Of a stretch of 64,000 bases of DNA, positions 63,591 to 64,000 are shown in pieces. The DNA comes from Narcine bancroftii (Eukaryota), in the NCBI RefSeq assembly GCF_036971445.1, contig NC_091480.1:12958001-13022000 (forward strand), written 5' to 3'. The notes beneath the pieces were generated by a model. It made no database searches and was not told where the DNA came from. It saw only the letters and a list, made by a program, of their open reading frames with translations. The position numbers were made by a program, and so were the translations under genes. How positions within the stretch are numbered: the first letter of the stretch is position 1; each line of letters opens with the position of its first letter.

Positions 63591-64000
63591 CTACTCAGAG
63601 CTAAAACAGAGGAAGCTTTATTAAAAACAATTTCATATCACAAGCAATAACTTGCTTCACAATACTGGTATGTTTATTATCCAAATTTTCCATTGTTTTG
63701 TGTGATGTGCAGTTGGATCTTCTGAAACTTTTTGTCTTTCAAACTGGTATAACAGAGTATATAGATATGAGTTTTGGAAGATAAATTGGGAAAGGTTGGT
63801 TAGAGTAGGTCACATTCAAACACTTTAAAACAGATCTTATTTGAAATACTGATGTTCTGCTAATGCTAGACATATCGGCTTCTCACACCTTTATGCAAGA
63901 ACTTTGAAGAGTGCTCAAGAGACTTCACTAATGGATTGTTGTTTACCAAAAGCAACAGATGAAAGAGAAAGCTAGAGCCTTGCTCTCTGGAAGGAGAGCT

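Noticed and set aside
45400-64000. A divergently transcribed neighbour such as PSMD12
   Set aside because: I recognised no matching exon or second CpG island; the region is mostly explained by repeats.

Overview
Repeat-dense vertebrate nuclear DNA. The transposon complement (V-SINE/HE1-like SINEs, CR1, Rex1/Babar, RTE, L1, Penelope-like elements, Deu-type SINE relics) is most consistent with a cartilaginous fish; that assignment is inference. The only host coding sequence I recognise is the 48-nt first coding segment of a PITPNC1-family gene on the minus strand (38595-38642, MLLKEYRICMPLTVEE). It is probably preceded by a non-coding first exon in a CpG island at about 44.6-45.4 kb. No second coding exon was found, so positions 1-38.6 kb are probably one large intron. 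Notable items: (1) a near full-length RTE LINE with an 11-bp TSD whose ORF N-terminus carries two almost perfect codon-multiple tandem arrays (15 x 9 nt and 105 x 15 nt) plus a GC-rich 5' array; (2) many Penelope-like tails with a minimal hammerhead-like motif whose core reads UUGAUGA instead of CUGAUGA; (3) a ~200-bp near-perfect intronic hairpin; (4) an internally deleted Helitron with both termini; (5) Chapaev3 derivatives; (6) three clean solo LTRs; (7) a ~745-bp non-coding retroposon family with a Rex1-like tail. Family names come from recognising motifs by eye, not from a database search, and the boundaries of degraded elements are approximate. I found no firmly supported new biological system; the top findings are testable hypotheses.
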